Assembly: GCA_027340875.1 (NCBI GenBank)
Contig: DAIENX010000007.1
Location: 10,750 to 74,749 of the forward strand
Reading direction: 5' to 3'
DNA: 64,000 nt
From: Elusimicrobiota bacterium
GTDB lineage: Bacteria > Elusimicrobiota > Elusimicrobia > Elusimicrobiales > UBA9959
Below are positions 39,348 to 49,694 of this stretch, one piece after another. Position numbers and translations under genes: made by a program. The notes beneath the pieces were generated by a model. The model was not told the origin of the DNA. It searched no databases and saw only the letters and a list, made by a program, of their open reading frames with translations. Each line of letters opens with the position of its first letter. Position 1 is the first letter of the stretch.

Positions 39348-41789
39348 ATGCGAATTTCCACCGTTCTACTACTGCTCTCCGCCCTGCCGGCCGCCATGGC
39401 CGGCGCCCAATCCACACCCGCCGCCACCGGCGACCTTCCCGGCATGCAGCAGCAGGCGCCGGCCGCGCCGCGCGTAGTGCTGCCTGCCGAGCACCTGGTC
39501 ATAGAGGTCCCGAAAGCGGACGCGGACGACCTGGGCGAAGGGCCGTGGGCCGTGGCCGAAACGGCCGTAAAGGGCAACGTCAATCTTAAGCCCAAGACCG
39601 TCATCAAGGCCGGCAAGGCCAGAAAGGGGCGGGTCTACATGAAGGACTTCGTGCAGGACGACATCGAGGCCATCCTGGCGCTGGGCAGCGTGGACAAGGT
39701 CTCCGTGGACATAGCCAGGATGCCTGGCGCGGAGATACCGGAGAAGCTCTCCCGGGCCGCCGGCGTGACCGAGGCCGTCCGCGTCACTTATATCATCACA
39801 GAGAAGCCCCTGATCCGCAGCCTCGACGTCAGCGGCAACAAGGACCTCTCGAAGGGCCGCGTCAAGGACGAGATGACGCTGAAGAAGAAGGACTATTTCG
39901 ACGAGCTGAAGGTGCGCGAGGACCTTATCAAGATCGCCGACATGTACCGCGAGAAGGGTTACATCGACATCCAGACCGACTACGACGTGAAGTTCGATTC
40001 CTCCTCCTCCGCCTGCGATCTTACCATCAAGGTGAAGGAAGGCAACAAGGCCCGCGTGGCGGCCGTGGAGATAACCGGCGCCGAGGGCTTCCCGCTGAAG
40101 AAGCTCGTCAAGAAGTTCAAGAACCGCCCGAAGAAGGTCTACGCCCCGCAGGAGCTGTCCGCCGACGTGGAGAAGCTCAAGGACTTCTACAAGAACAACG
40201 GCTACGCCGATTTCTCGGTGGACAGGACCTCCACCTCGTTCAACGAGAACCGCTCCAGCGCGACCATACACATAACCGTCACGGAAGGAAAGAAGATAAA
40301 GTTCGGAGGCACCTATTTCTCCGGCAACTCCGTCTACCTGCCGAGCGACCTGACGCCGCTGGTAGAGTACCGGCGGGGCAAGTATTTCAGCCAGGAGAAG
40401 CTGGACGACACCGTGCGCGCGTTGCAGGACAAGTACGCCGACAAGGGCTACCTGAAGGCCGTGATCGTCCCGCAGCGCAACTTCGTCGAGTCCACCGGGG
40501 AGACCGACATAACGTTCCTGATCACCGAGAACTCCCAGATCTACGTCGCCCACATCGACGTGGAAGGCAACAAGGCCACGAAGACCCACGTGCTGCGCCG
40601 CGAGATCACGCAGAAGGAGGGCGAGGTGTTCAGCTCCTCCAAGATCCGCCGCAGCCAGGAGAAGATCTTCAACCTCGGTTTCATAGACGACGTGGCCCCG
40701 GTCATCAACCCTACGCCCGACCCGGACAAGGTGGACCTCGTCTTCGACGTCACGGAGGGCAAGCCCGGCATGCTGACCGCGGGCGCCGGCATCTCGTCCA
40801 CCGACGGCCTGGTCGGCACGCTGTCGATGTCGCACATGAACATGTTCGGCAGGGCCCAGCGGATGTCCCTCTCCTGGAACTTCGGCAAGCGCGTGCAGGA
40901 CTACTATCTGAGCTGGATGACCCCGTGGGTCGGGGACCACCCCACGTCGCTCGGCGTGGACGTGTTCAATACGCGCCATTACAAGCCCTACCGCGACACC
41001 ATCTCCGCCTACACGGAGCGCCGCACCGGCGGCAAGATCACCCTGGGCCCGCGCTTCCAGGAGGACAAATACCAGCTGCGGACCTCGTACACCTACGAGA
41101 AGGTGCGGATAACCGGCGTGGACCAGATCTATCAGGGAGAGCTGCAGGAGGGCACCAGCGTCACTTCCTCTGTGTACGTGGAGCTGACGCGCGACACCCG
41201 CGACAACGTCTGGGACCCGACCCGCGGCACCAAAACCTCCCTGGGCTTCGATTACGCCGGCGGCCCGCTGCAGGGCGACGTGAACTACTACAAACCCACG
41301 CTCTCCTACAGCTACAACCTGAAGCTCTTCTCGATAGACGACTACCCGTTCGTGATGTCTTTCGCCAACCGCTTCGGCTTCGTCGGCCGCTTCGGGAGCA
41401 CTAAGAAGGTCCCCGTATACGAGCGCTACTTCCTCGGCGGCGCGGAGACCGTGCGCGGCTATTCCAACAACGGCCAGATAGGCCCGCTGAACGGCGGCCG
41501 CGTCTACGACGTGGCTAACCTCGAGTTCAAGATCCCGCTGGCGCGGGAGAAGCACAGGACGATAGTGCAGTGGGGCTTCTTCCTGGACGCCGGCAACTCG
41601 TGGGACGGCTTCGACAGGATCAGCACCCGCTTCGGCACCGGGACCACGAACATGAAGGCGGGCGCCGGGTTCGGCATACGTTTCACGACCCCGGCCTTCC
41701 CGATACGGCTGGATTGGGGCTACGGCTTCAACCACAAGGCCGGCGAACAGCGCTCCGACATCTACTTCACGCTGGGCAACCTGTTCTAG
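39348..41789 (+). CDS. bamA: Outer membrane protein assembly factor BamA
   Basis: Signal peptide, then repeated POTRA-like units (e.g. ITEKPLIRSLDVSGN, IKVKEGNKARVAAVEITG, ITENSQIYVAHIDVEGN). The C-terminal beta-barrel has RGY, GFGIRF and a terminal aromatic (LGNLF). Size is 813 aa. Confidence 0.9.
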   Translation: MRISTVLLLLSALPAAMAGAQSTPAATGDLPGMQQQAPAAPRVVLPAEHLVIEVPKADADDLGEGPWAVAETAVKGNVNLKPKTVIKAGKARKGRVYMKDFVQDDIEAILALGSVDKVSVDIARMPGAEIPEKLSRAAGVTEAVRVTYIITEKPLIRSLDVSGNKDLSKGRVKDEMTLKKKDYFDELKVREDLIKIADMYREKGYIDIQTDYDVKFDSSSSACDLTIKVKEGNKARVAAVEITGAEGFPLKKLVKKFKNRPKKVYAPQELSADVEKLKDFYKNNGYADFSVDRTSTSFNENRSSATIHITVTEGKKIKFGGTYFSGNSVYLPSDLTPLVEYRRGKYFSQEKLDDTVRALQDKYADKGYLKAVIVPQRNFVESTGETDITFLITENSQIYVAHIDVEGNKATKTHVLRREITQKEGEVFSSSKIRRSQEKIFNLGFIDDVAPVINPTPDPDKVDLVFDVTEGKPGMLTAGAGISSTDGLVGTLSMSHMNMFGRAQRMSLSWNFGKRVQDYYLSWMTPWVGDHPTSLGVDVFNTRHYKPYRDTISAYTERRTGGKITLGPRFQEDKYQLRTSYTYEKVRITGVDQIYQGELQEGTSVTSSVYVELTRDTRDNVWDPTRGTKTSLGFDYAGGPLQGDVNYYKPTLSYSYNLKLFSIDDYPFVMSFANRFGFVGRFGSTKKVPVYERYFLGGAETVRGYSNNGQIGPLNGGRVYDVANLEFKIPLAREKHRTIVQWGFFLDAGNSWDGFDRISTRFGTGTTNMKAGAGFGIRFTTPAFPIRLDWGYGFNHKAGEQRSDIYFTLGNLF

Positions 41790-41840
41790 AAGGCGGGAGA
41801 CGAGAGTACTGGAGGATCGGCCGGGACAGCCCCGGCCCCT

Positions 41841-42653
41841 ATGGCTATGAAAGAACTCCTTTTTGCCGCGCTGCTGGCGCTGCCGGCGGCTAAAGCCAAC
41901 GCGCTCGAATTGCTGCTCGAGGAGAACCGCGGCGAATCCGGCACGATAGGCTACGTGGACATCGACCGCGTCTTCAAGGAATATTCCGGCACCACCGGCG
42001 CGCGCGAGGACTTCCTGGCCGAGATAAAGAAGAAGGAGGACTCCCTCAACGCCAGGAAGACCGAGATCTTCACGCTGAAGGCCGAGATCGCCAAGTTGCG
42101 ACAGGAAAGGGAGTTCGCTCTTACGCTGCCGTCCCTGATGGAGACCAGGCGCAGCGTGGCCGAGGCCGCCGCGCAGGCCGCGCAGGCCGTCTCCACCGAG
42201 ACCGTCTCCCTCTCCACTTCCTCGCCCGAGGCGTCCACCTCCGCCGTCCAGGGCGCCGCCGCGCCCGTGCCCTCTACCGCCGTACCGGCGGGGCTGCCGG
42301 GCATGACGGGCATAGATATGCCCGGGGTGGCCCGCGTCCCCGTCTCCCACTTCAAGTTCTCGGTCTCCACCTCCGTCCCGGAGATAGACGCCGCCATAAC
42401 CGGCAAAGAGACCGACCTGTCACGCAAGGAGGAGTCGCTGCGCCAGGCCCAGAAACAGGCCGAGCGCGAGCTGCTCGACTACGAGAGCCGCAAGAGCGAG
42501 CTGCTGCTGGGGCGCATCTACGTGGCCCTCAAGGAGCTGGCGACAAAGGAGGAGGTCAGCGTGGTGGTGGACAAGCGCAACATCCTCTACGGCCAGCACG
42601 CGGTGGACCTGACCGACAAGCTTATGAAGAAGCTGGAGGAGGGCGGCCTATGA
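41841..42653 (+). CDS. OmpH/Skp-like periplasmic chaperone with a low-complexity insertion
   Basis: It has a signal peptide. It is coiled-coil and charged on both sides of an Ala/Ser/Pro-rich insert. It occupies the canonical position between bamA and lpxD. Its stop overlaps the lpxD start. Confidence 0.7.
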   Translation: MAMKELLFAALLALPAAKANALELLLEENRGESGTIGYVDIDRVFKEYSGTTGAREDFLAEIKKKEDSLNARKTEIFTLKAEIAKLRQEREFALTLPSLMETRRSVAEAAAQAAQAVSTETVSLSTSSPEASTSAVQGAAAPVPSTAVPAGLPGMTGIDMPGVARVPVSHFKFSVSTSVPEIDAAITGKETDLSRKEESLRQAQKQAERELLDYESRKSELLLGRIYVALKELATKEEVSVVVDKRNILYGQHAVDLTDKLMKKLEEGGL

Positions 42654-43678
42654 GCCTCGCCGCCTCCGAAGTGGAGAAGCTGGCGCAGGGCAAGCTACGC
42701 GGCGACCCCGGCCTGATGCTGCGAGGCGCCGCCCCGCTGGAGAAGGCCGGCCCCTCGGACCTCGCCTTCCTCGCGGACCCGGCCCTCGCCGCGGCCGCCG
42801 CGGCCTCGAAGGCCGGCTGCCTGCTGGCCCCCGACGGCAGCGAAGCGGCCCTCTCCGAGTTCAAGGGCGCGGTGGTCTTCACGAAGAACCCGAAGTACGC
42901 CTTCATGCTGGCCCTGCGCCGCTTCGAGGCCGACCTGAGGCCGCTCCCGGACCGCGGCAGGCACCCGACGGCCGTCATCTATCCCACGGCGAAGATCGGG
43001 GCCGACTCGCACGTCGGTCCCGGCGCCGTCGTCGAAGAGGGCGCCTACATAGCCCCCGGCGCCTCGATAGGCGCGCAGTGCTATATCGGCCGCAACGCTA
43101 AGGTGGGCATGGGCACGAGGCTTTACCCCGGCGTTAAAATGATGGATTCCTGCGAGATAGGCTCCGGCTGCATAATACACGCCGGCACGGTCATAGGTTC
43201 CGACGGTTACGGTTACGTTTCCCCCCGCGGCAAACACGAGAAGATCCCGCAGATAGGAAAGGTCGTCATAGAGGACGACGTAGAGATAGGCGCCAACTGC
43301 GCGGTAGACCGCGCCGCGCTGGAGGTCACGCTGATAGGCGCGGGCACGAAGATAGACAACTTGGTGCACATAGCTCACAACGTGAGGATCGGCAGGAACT
43401 GCCTGATCATGGCGCAGGCCGCGATAGCCGGCTCCACCGAGGTAGGCGACAACGCGATAATCGGCGGCCAGGCCGGCATCTCGGACCACGTGAAGATCGG
43501 GGAGAACTCCGCGGTGATGGCCAGGACCGGCATCATGAGCGACCTCTCCCCGGGACAGGTGGTGTTCGGCCATATCGGCCGGCCGCGCATCCAGGCCATG
43601 AAGATAGAGGCCCTGCTCTCCAAGCTGCCGGAGATGCACCGCACGCTCTCGAAGATAAAGAAGCGCCTCGGGATCTAG
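42650..43678 (+). CDS. lpxD: UDP-3-O-acylglucosamine N-acyltransferase
   Basis: Left-handed beta-helix hexapeptide repeats, GSDGYGY, and [24 protein letters not shown]. Its context is skp-lpxD. Confidence 0.9.
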   Translation: MSLAASEVEKLAQGKLRGDPGLMLRGAAPLEKAGPSDLAFLADPALAAAAAASKAGCLLAPDGSEAALSEFKGAVVFTKNPKYAFMLALRRFEADLRPLPDRGRHPTAVIYPTAKIGADSHVGPGAVVEEGAYIAPGASIGAQCYIGRNAKVGMGTRLYPGVKMMDSCEIGSGCIIHAGTVIGSDGYGYVSPRGKHEKIPQIGKVVIEDDVEIGANCAVDRAALEVTLIGAGTKIDNLVHIAHNVRIGRNCLIMAQAAIAGSTEVGDNAIIGGQAGISDHVKIGENSAVMARTGIMSDLSPGQVVFGHIGRPRIQAMKIEALLSKLPEMHRTLSKIKKRLGI

Positions 43679-43967
43679 ACGGGCTGAGCCTGGCGAGGGT
43701 ATGCCTTCTCCGGGTACGCGCGGCCACACCGTGGCCGTGCTCTTTCACTCGGGCTCGGCGCTGCGCAAGCCTCGCCCTCGCGAGGCCCCTGTCGCCGAAA
43801 TAGTTGGAGGGGTGACGACCGGGCCGTTTTTCCGGGCCGGCCGCGTAAGGTGAACGGCAGGCACGCATCTCGCCAGCCTAGCAGGGGATGGGTGGAGCGG
43901 ACGGGACGGGAAAGCGGACCGGGCGGCAGGACCCCGAACCTGCATTCGGCGACACAATTCAAAACGC

Positions 43968-44801
43968 ATGAGAACTACAACCAAAGAGACGGCTACGATA
44001 GACGGGATCGGCCTCCATAAAGGCAAACCATCCAGGGTCACCTTCAGACCCGCGGAAGGCCCGACCGGGTACAGGTTCCTGCACCCGGCCTTCTCCGCCC
44101 CGCTGCCCGCCAGGCTGGACCGCATGGCAGGCACCGCTCGCGGCACCAACATCACCGACGGCAGGACCACCATCTACACCGTGGAACACCTGCTCTCCGC
44201 GGCCGCCGGCCTCGGCATAGACGACCTGGACATAGAGCTCTCCGGAGAGGAGCCGCCCGCGGCCGACGGCTCGGCCCTGCCATTCGCGCTGGCGCTGAAG
44301 GGCGCGGGCATGGTTCCAAAACCGGCGCAGGAGCGCAGGACGATTTCGCTCTCCGTCCCGGTCCGCTTCGAGAACGCCGGCACGCGCATCTCCGCCGAGC
44401 CGCGTCCCGGCGGCGTCTCTTTCAGGTTAGTCTACGACTACCCGCACAAGCTGGTGGGACGGCAGGCGGTGGAATTCTCGCTTTCTCCGGAGGCTTATCT
44501 GAAAGAAGTCGCGCCGGCCCGCACCTTCGGCTTCTCGCACGAACTCGAGGCCCTGAAGAAGGCCGGCCTCGCGCTGGGAGGCTCGCTGGACAACGCGGTG
44601 GTGATAGCGGAGGAGGAGGTGCTGGCCAAGGACGGCCTGCGCTTCGCTGACGAGTTCGCCCGCCACAAACTGCTGGACCTGATAGGGGACCTGGCGCTGG
44701 CCGGTCTGCCGCTGGCCGGCGTCCATATAGAGGCCGAGCGCCCCGGCCACGCCGCCAACGTCAATTTTGCTAAACTATTGTCGGAGAAGGCCAACCTATG
44801 A
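43968..44801 (+). CDS. lpxC: UDP-3-O-acyl-N-acetylglucosamine deacetylase
   Basis: GIGLHKGKPSRVTFRPA, TVEHLLSAAAGLGIDDL, EEPPAADGSALPF, and HKLLDLIGDLALAG with GHAANV at the C-terminus. These are classical LpxC motifs. Confidence 0.9.
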   Translation: MRTTTKETATIDGIGLHKGKPSRVTFRPAEGPTGYRFLHPAFSAPLPARLDRMAGTARGTNITDGRTTIYTVEHLLSAAAGLGIDDLDIELSGEEPPAADGSALPFALALKGAGMVPKPAQERRTISLSVPVRFENAGTRISAEPRPGGVSFRLVYDYPHKLVGRQAVEFSLSPEAYLKEVAPARTFGFSHELEALKKAGLALGGSLDNAVVIAEEEVLAKDGLRFADEFARHKLLDLIGDLALAGLPLAGVHIEAERPGHAANVNFAKLLSEKANL

Positions 44802-45259
44802 CCGAAACCAAAGCCCCGGCGTACAAGCCCGTGCGCGTCATCCCCTGCGAAGACATACTGAAGATCATCCCCCACCGCTACCCGTTCATGATGGTGGACC
44901 GCGTTGAAGTGGTGGAGGAGGGAAAGTACTGCGTGGGCGTGAAATGCGTCAGCGCCAACGAACTCTACTTCCACGGCCACTTCCCGGAGAAGCCGATAAT
45001 GCCAGGCGTGCTGATGCTCGAAGGCATGGCGCAGACCGCGGCCGCGATGATGATGGACCTGCCCGAGACCAAGGGCCGCCTGGGCTTCTTCGCCGGCATC
45101 AACAAGGCCAAGTTCCGCCGTCAGGTGGTGCCCGGCGACGTGCTTAAGATGCACGTTGAGATAGTGAAATTCAAGAGCAGGATAGGCAAGGTCAGGGGCT
45201 CGGCCTGGGTAGGCGACGAGCCGGCCGCCGGGGCCGAACTGACCTTCGCGATAGGCTGA
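44798..45259 (+). CDS. fabZ: 3-hydroxyacyl-ACP dehydratase FabZ
   Basis: LPHRYPFMMVD, FHGHFPEKPIMPGVL, and a hot-dog fold length of 153 aa. The start overlaps the lpxC stop. Confidence 0.9.
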   Translation: MTETKAPAYKPVRVIPCEDILKIIPHRYPFMMVDRVEVVEEGKYCVGVKCVSANELYFHGHFPEKPIMPGVLMLEGMAQTAAAMMMDLPETKGRLGFFAGINKAKFRRQVVPGDVLKMHVEIVKFKSRIGKVRGSAWVGDEPAAGAELTFAIG

Positions 45260-45284
45260 CCCTTAAGACTTCACAGGAGAGAAC

Positions 45285-46094
45285 ATGGCGACCAAGATAC
45301 ATCCCACGGCGGTGATAGACCCTAAGGCCCAGATCGACAACGACGTAGAGATAGGCCCGCTGACCGTGATAGGCGAGGACGTGCAAATAGGCGCCGGCAC
45401 GAAGATAGGCCCGCACTGCATCCTCGAGTTCTGCACCGTCGGCAAGAACAACTGGCTCACCGGCGCCGCCTACGTGGGCATGCCGCCGCAGGACTGGAGC
45501 TACAAGGGCGAGCACAAGCGCTTCATCATGGGCGACTCCAACGTGATCCGCGAGAACGTCACGCTGCACCGCGGCGCGCACACCGACATCACTACGATGG
45601 GCTCCAACTGCATGCTGATGGCCAACTCGCATATCGGCCACGACTGCCGCGTCGGGAACAACGTCATCATGGTCAACTGCGCCTCCGCCGCCGGCCACGT
45701 GGAGATAGGCGACAGGGCGCTGATCAGCGGCCTCGCCGGCATACACCAGTTCACGCGCATAGGCAGGTTCGCGATGATCTCCGGAGGCGGCATGGCCAAC
45801 CAGGACATCATCCCCTACGTCACCGCGCAGGGCGACCGCGCCAAGCCCGTCGGCCTGAATCTGGTCGGCATGAGGCGCAACGGCTTCACCCGCGAGCAGA
45901 TAAAGGCCGTAAAGCACGTTTTCAAGACCCTGTTCTTCCGCGGCCTGCTGCTGAAGGACGCGGTGGCGAAGCTCCGCGCCGATAACCTGCCCGCCGAAGC
46001 CGCGCTGATCCTCGACTTCGTCGAGGCCTCCAAGCGCGGCATAGCGAGGCCGCGCCGCAACGCAGGCTCGCTGGAGAAGGACCTGGCAGACTGA
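45285..46094 (+). CDS. lpxA: Acyl-ACP--UDP-N-acetylglucosamine O-acyltransferase
   Basis: IHPTAVIDPKAQI, hexapeptide repeats, HIGHDCRVGNN, and a helical C-terminal domain. Size is 269 aa. Confidence 0.9.
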   Translation: MATKIHPTAVIDPKAQIDNDVEIGPLTVIGEDVQIGAGTKIGPHCILEFCTVGKNNWLTGAAYVGMPPQDWSYKGEHKRFIMGDSNVIRENVTLHRGAHTDITTMGSNCMLMANSHIGHDCRVGNNVIMVNCASAAGHVEIGDRALISGLAGIHQFTRIGRFAMISGGGMANQDIIPYVTAQGDRAKPVGLNLVGMRRNGFTREQIKAVKHVFKTLFFRGLLLKDAVAKLRADNLPAEAALILDFVEASKRGIARPRRNAGSLEKDLAD

Positions 46095-46936
46095 TGGGCG
46101 AAAAGATCGGCATCATCGCGGGCGGAGGCAGCTTCCCGCTGCTGTTCGCCGCCGAGGCCAAAAAGGCGGGCCGCGAGGTCTACGCCGTAGCGCTCAACGA
46201 CATAACCTCCAGGGACATCGAGCTGTCCGCCGCCGAGACCGCCTGGTTCCGGCTGGGCAACATAGGCGGGCCGATAGATTTCTTCAAGAAGAACGGCGTG
46301 ACGCGCACGCTGATCGCCGGTTCCGTGCAGCACGTCAACGTCTTCGGCGGCATCCTGCCGGACCTGCGCGGCGCGAAGCTGCTGCTGAAGCTCCGCGACA
46401 AGAAGGCCAACTCCATCTTTTCCGCCATCGCGGACGAGCTGGCCGCGGACGGCATAGAGGTAGCCAGCTCCGCCACGCTGCTCGAACACCTGCTCGTCAA
46501 GCCCGGCCTCCTCGCCGGCCGGCATCCCGGTTCCGACACCCTCAAGACCGCGGCCTACGGCTGGAAGGCCGCGAAGGCCCTGGCCGCGCTGGATATAGGC
46601 CTCACGGTGGTCCTGCGCGACCAGGTCGTAGTAGCCGCGGAGGGGATAGAGGGAACCGACGCGTGCATAAAGCGCGCCGGCGCGCTGACCCGGGAGAAGG
46701 GCGGGGAACTCACCGTCGTGAAGGTAGCGCGTCCCGGACAGGACATGCGCTTCGACCTGCCGGTGGCCGGCGCCAGCACGCTCAAGGTCATGAAGGAAGC
46801 CGGCGCCGCGACGCTCGTGCTGGAAGCCGGCAAGACCCTGATCCTCGGCCTGGACGATTTTCTAACCGCCGCAGCCGAGACCGGCATCTCCGTACTCGGC
46901 GCTGACGACAACACCTTCAAGGACGAGCCGGTCTAG
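46094..46936 (+). CDS. lpxI: UDP-2,3-diacylglucosamine hydrolase LpxI (DUF1009 family)
   Basis: IGIIAGGGSFPLL, AAEGIEGTDACIKRAG, KVARPGQDMRFDLPVAG. It lies directly after lpxA. Confidence 0.8.
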   Translation: MGEKIGIIAGGGSFPLLFAAEAKKAGREVYAVALNDITSRDIELSAAETAWFRLGNIGGPIDFFKKNGVTRTLIAGSVQHVNVFGGILPDLRGAKLLLKLRDKKANSIFSAIADELAADGIEVASSATLLEHLLVKPGLLAGRHPGSDTLKTAAYGWKAAKALAALDIGLTVVLRDQVVVAAEGIEGTDACIKRAGALTREKGGELTVVKVARPGQDMRFDLPVAGASTLKVMKEAGAATLVLEAGKTLILGLDDFLTAAAETGISVLGADDNTFKDEPV

Positions 46937-46963
46937 CCTCCGGGGCCCTCCGCTGGCACAGCG

Positions 46964-47608
46964 ATGAACGAGCTGCTCTACAAGAACTCCCCCGGACACT
47001 GGCTGCTCTCGCTGCTGGCGCGCTTCTACATACGTTTCCTCGGCCTGACCTCCCGCATACACATCAAAGGACGCAGGCATCACCCCGGCCCCGCCGTCTA
47101 CGCTCTGTGGCACCGGCAGGAGGTGCTGATGATCTGGCTGCACCGCGGCAAGGGGCTCTGCGGCCTGGTCAGCCAGAGCAAGGACGGGGAGTACATGGCC
47201 CGCATCCTGCTCGGCATGGGCTTCAACGTGATACGCGGCTCCTCGACCACCGGCGGCTCGCAGGCCCTGCGCGCCCTCACCAAGGCGGCCAGGGCCGGCT
47301 ACTCCATAGCCGTCACGCCCGACGGCCCGAAGGGCCCCATCTTCAAGGTACACCCCGGCAGCGTCTTCATAGCGCAGAAGGCCGGAATACCGATAATCCC
47401 CGCCGCCTGCGCGCTGTCGAACAAGAAGATACTCCGCAGCTGGGACAAGTACCAGTTCCCGCTGCCTTTCGGCCGCATAGAGGCCGTCTACGGCGAGCCG
47501 CTCTTCGTGGCCGAGACCGACGACGTCCAGGCCAAGGCCCTGGAACTGGAAACCAGGCTCAACGCCCTCACCGAAGAAGCCGAAAAGCTGCTCGCCGCCG
47601 GGAACTGA
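46964..47608 (+). CDS. DUF374-type lysophospholipid acyltransferase-like protein
   Basis: YALWHRQE, SQSKDGEYMARIL, GSSTTGG, VTPDGPKGP. Its context is a lipid A / Kdo cluster. Confidence 0.7.
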   Translation: MNELLYKNSPGHWLLSLLARFYIRFLGLTSRIHIKGRRHHPGPAVYALWHRQEVLMIWLHRGKGLCGLVSQSKDGEYMARILLGMGFNVIRGSSTTGGSQALRALTKAARAGYSIAVTPDGPKGPIFKVHPGSVFIAQKAGIPIIPAACALSNKKILRSWDKYQFPLPFGRIEAVYGEPLFVAETDDVQAKALELETRLNALTEEAEKLLAAGN

Positions 47609-47609
47609 C

Positions 47610-49616
47610 ATGCGGGACCAGGGGCGATATCCTCAGCTCCTTTTCAGCGCCACCGCCTTTCTGGGCTCCTTCCTGCTGTTCCAGCTGGAGCTGCTGGCCG
47701 GCTCCGCCGTGCTGCCGCTGTTCGGCGGCGGCTACTACGTCTGGACCGTCTGCCTGCTGTTCTACCAGGCCGTGCTCGTCGCCGGCTACGCCTATGCGCT
47801 GCTGCTCTCCGAGAGACTGCCTGGCCGGCGGCTTCTTTCCCTGCACCTGGCGCTGCTGGCCGCGGCGCTGGCGCTGTTCTCCGGGCGCTTCCACGGCCAG
47901 GTGCTGGCCGCGCCGATAGGGGACCTGCTGGCGCGGCTCGCCCTCTTCATAGGCCTGCCGTTCCTGGTCCTATCCGCGTCCACGACGCTCTGCCACCGGC
48001 TGCTGGCCGAGACAGGCAGCCGCAGCCCGTTCAGGGTCTTCGCGTGGTCCAACGCCGGGTCGCTGGCCGGCATGCTCTCCTTCTCGCTGCTCGTCGAGCC
48101 GCGCCTGGCCGCGCCGCAGACGGTGCACCTATGGCGCTGGCTGTTCGGCGGCTACATACTGCTGCTGCTCGCCGCGCGCGCGGCCTTCACGTATTCCCCG
48201 GCACCGCCGACCCCTCCGGCGGGAACAGAGCGCCCCCGCTGGGCGCTCTGGCTGGCGCTGCCGGCGGCCACCTCCGCCATGCTCGCCGCCGTCACCAGCT
48301 ACCAGAGCTCGGCCACGGCTTCGATGCCGCTGACCTGGATGATACCGCTGTCGGCCTACCTGTTCTCGTATGCACTGCTGTTCTCCGGCCGCGAATTCCG
48401 GACCGGCACCCTGCGCTTCTTCCTCTTCGGACTGCTTGCCGTCCTGCTGTTCCTGTTGTGGCGGATGCAGGCCCCGGTCAGCACCGCGCTGGTGGCCCTG
48501 CTGAACTGGGCGCTTCTCTTCGTCTGCGTGGCCGCGCACCGCGAGCTCTACGGGGCCAGGCCGCGCGACCCGGCGCTGGCCCCGCGCTTCTACCTCGCGA
48601 TGGGCCTCGGCGGCGTACTGGGCACGGCGCTGGTCACGCCTGCAGGGGCTTTGCGCTTCGGCTACGGCTTCGCCGACCTCTATATAGCCGCGGCCGCCCT
48701 GATCGGCGCGATGTCGTACGCCGCCGGCCGGCAGAAAGGGTTCGGAGGACGCGCCGCGCTGGCCTCGCTGCTGCTCTTGGGGGCGATAGTCTGGGGCGGG
48801 GCGAAGGTCTCCGGCGAATCCACGGTCTTCGCGCTGCGCAACTTCTACGGCATGTACCGCGTGGAGGAGGACAGGGCCGCCGGCATACGCCGCTTCGTGC
48901 ACGGCGCCACCGTGCACGGCATACAGCGCATCTCCGGCGGCGCCGAGGGCCAGGCCACCACCTACTACGCGGCCGGCTCCCCTATCAGCGAGGTGCTGAA
49001 CTCCTTCCCGGCCGAGCGCGTGGGGGCCGTGGGGCTGGGGATCGGGGTGAGTTGCGCGGACGCGAAGCCCGGCACCGAGTGGACCTTCTACGAGCTGGAC
49101 CCGGACGTCGAGATGATAGCCAGTAAATACTTCTCGTTCCTGCCGCGCTGCCGGGCGAAGGTCTCGGTGATCACCGGCGACGCGAGGGTGAACCTGGCCA
49201 AGGCTCCCCCTGGCTGCTACGATCTGCTCTACCTCGACGCCTTCACCGGCGGCGCCGTCCCGTTCCATCTGCTGACAAAGGAAGCGCTGGAACTCTATAA
49301 GGAGAAGCTGAAGCCGGGCGGGCTGATGGTCTTCCATGTCTCCGCCAACTTCCTGGACATCTCGCCGGTGATAGCCATGTCAGCGGAAGCGGCCGGCCTG
49401 CGGAGCCTCTACAAGGAGATCTCCTACGACCCCTCGGACCCGGCCCGCCTGAGCTCCGAATGGCTGGCCGTGACGGATGATCCGTCCCACCTTCGGACGC
49501 TGAGGGCCAGCGGCTGGACCGCGGCTTCGGTGCCGCAGGGCTGGCGGGTCTGGACCGACGACTACCGCGACGTGCTGAAAGCCCTGAAATTCCGACCCGG
49601 CCCGTTGCGGCCGTAA
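47610..49616 (+). CDS. Fused polytopic membrane domain plus a spermidine-synthase-like (class I SAM-dependent/aminopropyl transferase fold) domain
   Basis: The N-terminal ~400 aa are highly hydrophobic with many helices. The C-terminus has GLGIGVS, YELDPDV, ITGDARV, and DLLYLDAFTGGAVPFHLLTKEA. Confidence 0.75.
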   Translation: MRDQGRYPQLLFSATAFLGSFLLFQLELLAGSAVLPLFGGGYYVWTVCLLFYQAVLVAGYAYALLLSERLPGRRLLSLHLALLAAALALFSGRFHGQVLAAPIGDLLARLALFIGLPFLVLSASTTLCHRLLAETGSRSPFRVFAWSNAGSLAGMLSFSLLVEPRLAAPQTVHLWRWLFGGYILLLLAARAAFTYSPAPPTPPAGTERPRWALWLALPAATSAMLAAVTSYQSSATASMPLTWMIPLSAYLFSYALLFSGREFRTGTLRFFLFGLLAVLLFLLWRMQAPVSTALVALLNWALLFVCVAAHRELYGARPRDPALAPRFYLAMGLGGVLGTALVTPAGALRFGYGFADLYIAAAALIGAMSYAAGRQKGFGGRAALASLLLLGAIVWGGAKVSGESTVFALRNFYGMYRVEEDRAAGIRRFVHGATVHGIQRISGGAEGQATTYYAAGSPISEVLNSFPAERVGAVGLGIGVSCADAKPGTEWTFYELDPDVEMIASKYFSFLPRCRAKVSVITGDARVNLAKAPPGCYDLLYLDAFTGGAVPFHLLTKEALELYKEKLKPGGLMVFHVSANFLDISPVIAMSAEAAGLRSLYKEISYDPSDPARLSSEWLAVTDDPSHLRTLRASGWTAASVPQGWRVWTDDYRDVLKALKFRPGPLRP

Positions 49617-49694
49617 TCCCCCATATTTAGTAGAATAATAAGATTGACGGGCCGCGCGGCCGGTCCGCGCTATCCGTTTTCTTTGAGGACACTT

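Noticed and set aside
39369-42350. A 993-aa ORF on the minus strand, antisense to bamA and skp.
   Set aside because: Its composition is extreme (Gly/Arg/Ala/His/Val-rich with low-complexity runs) and it has no recognisable motifs. It lies exactly antisense to a gene with clear BamA POTRA and barrel features. Long stop-free antisense frames are expected in GC-rich DNA.
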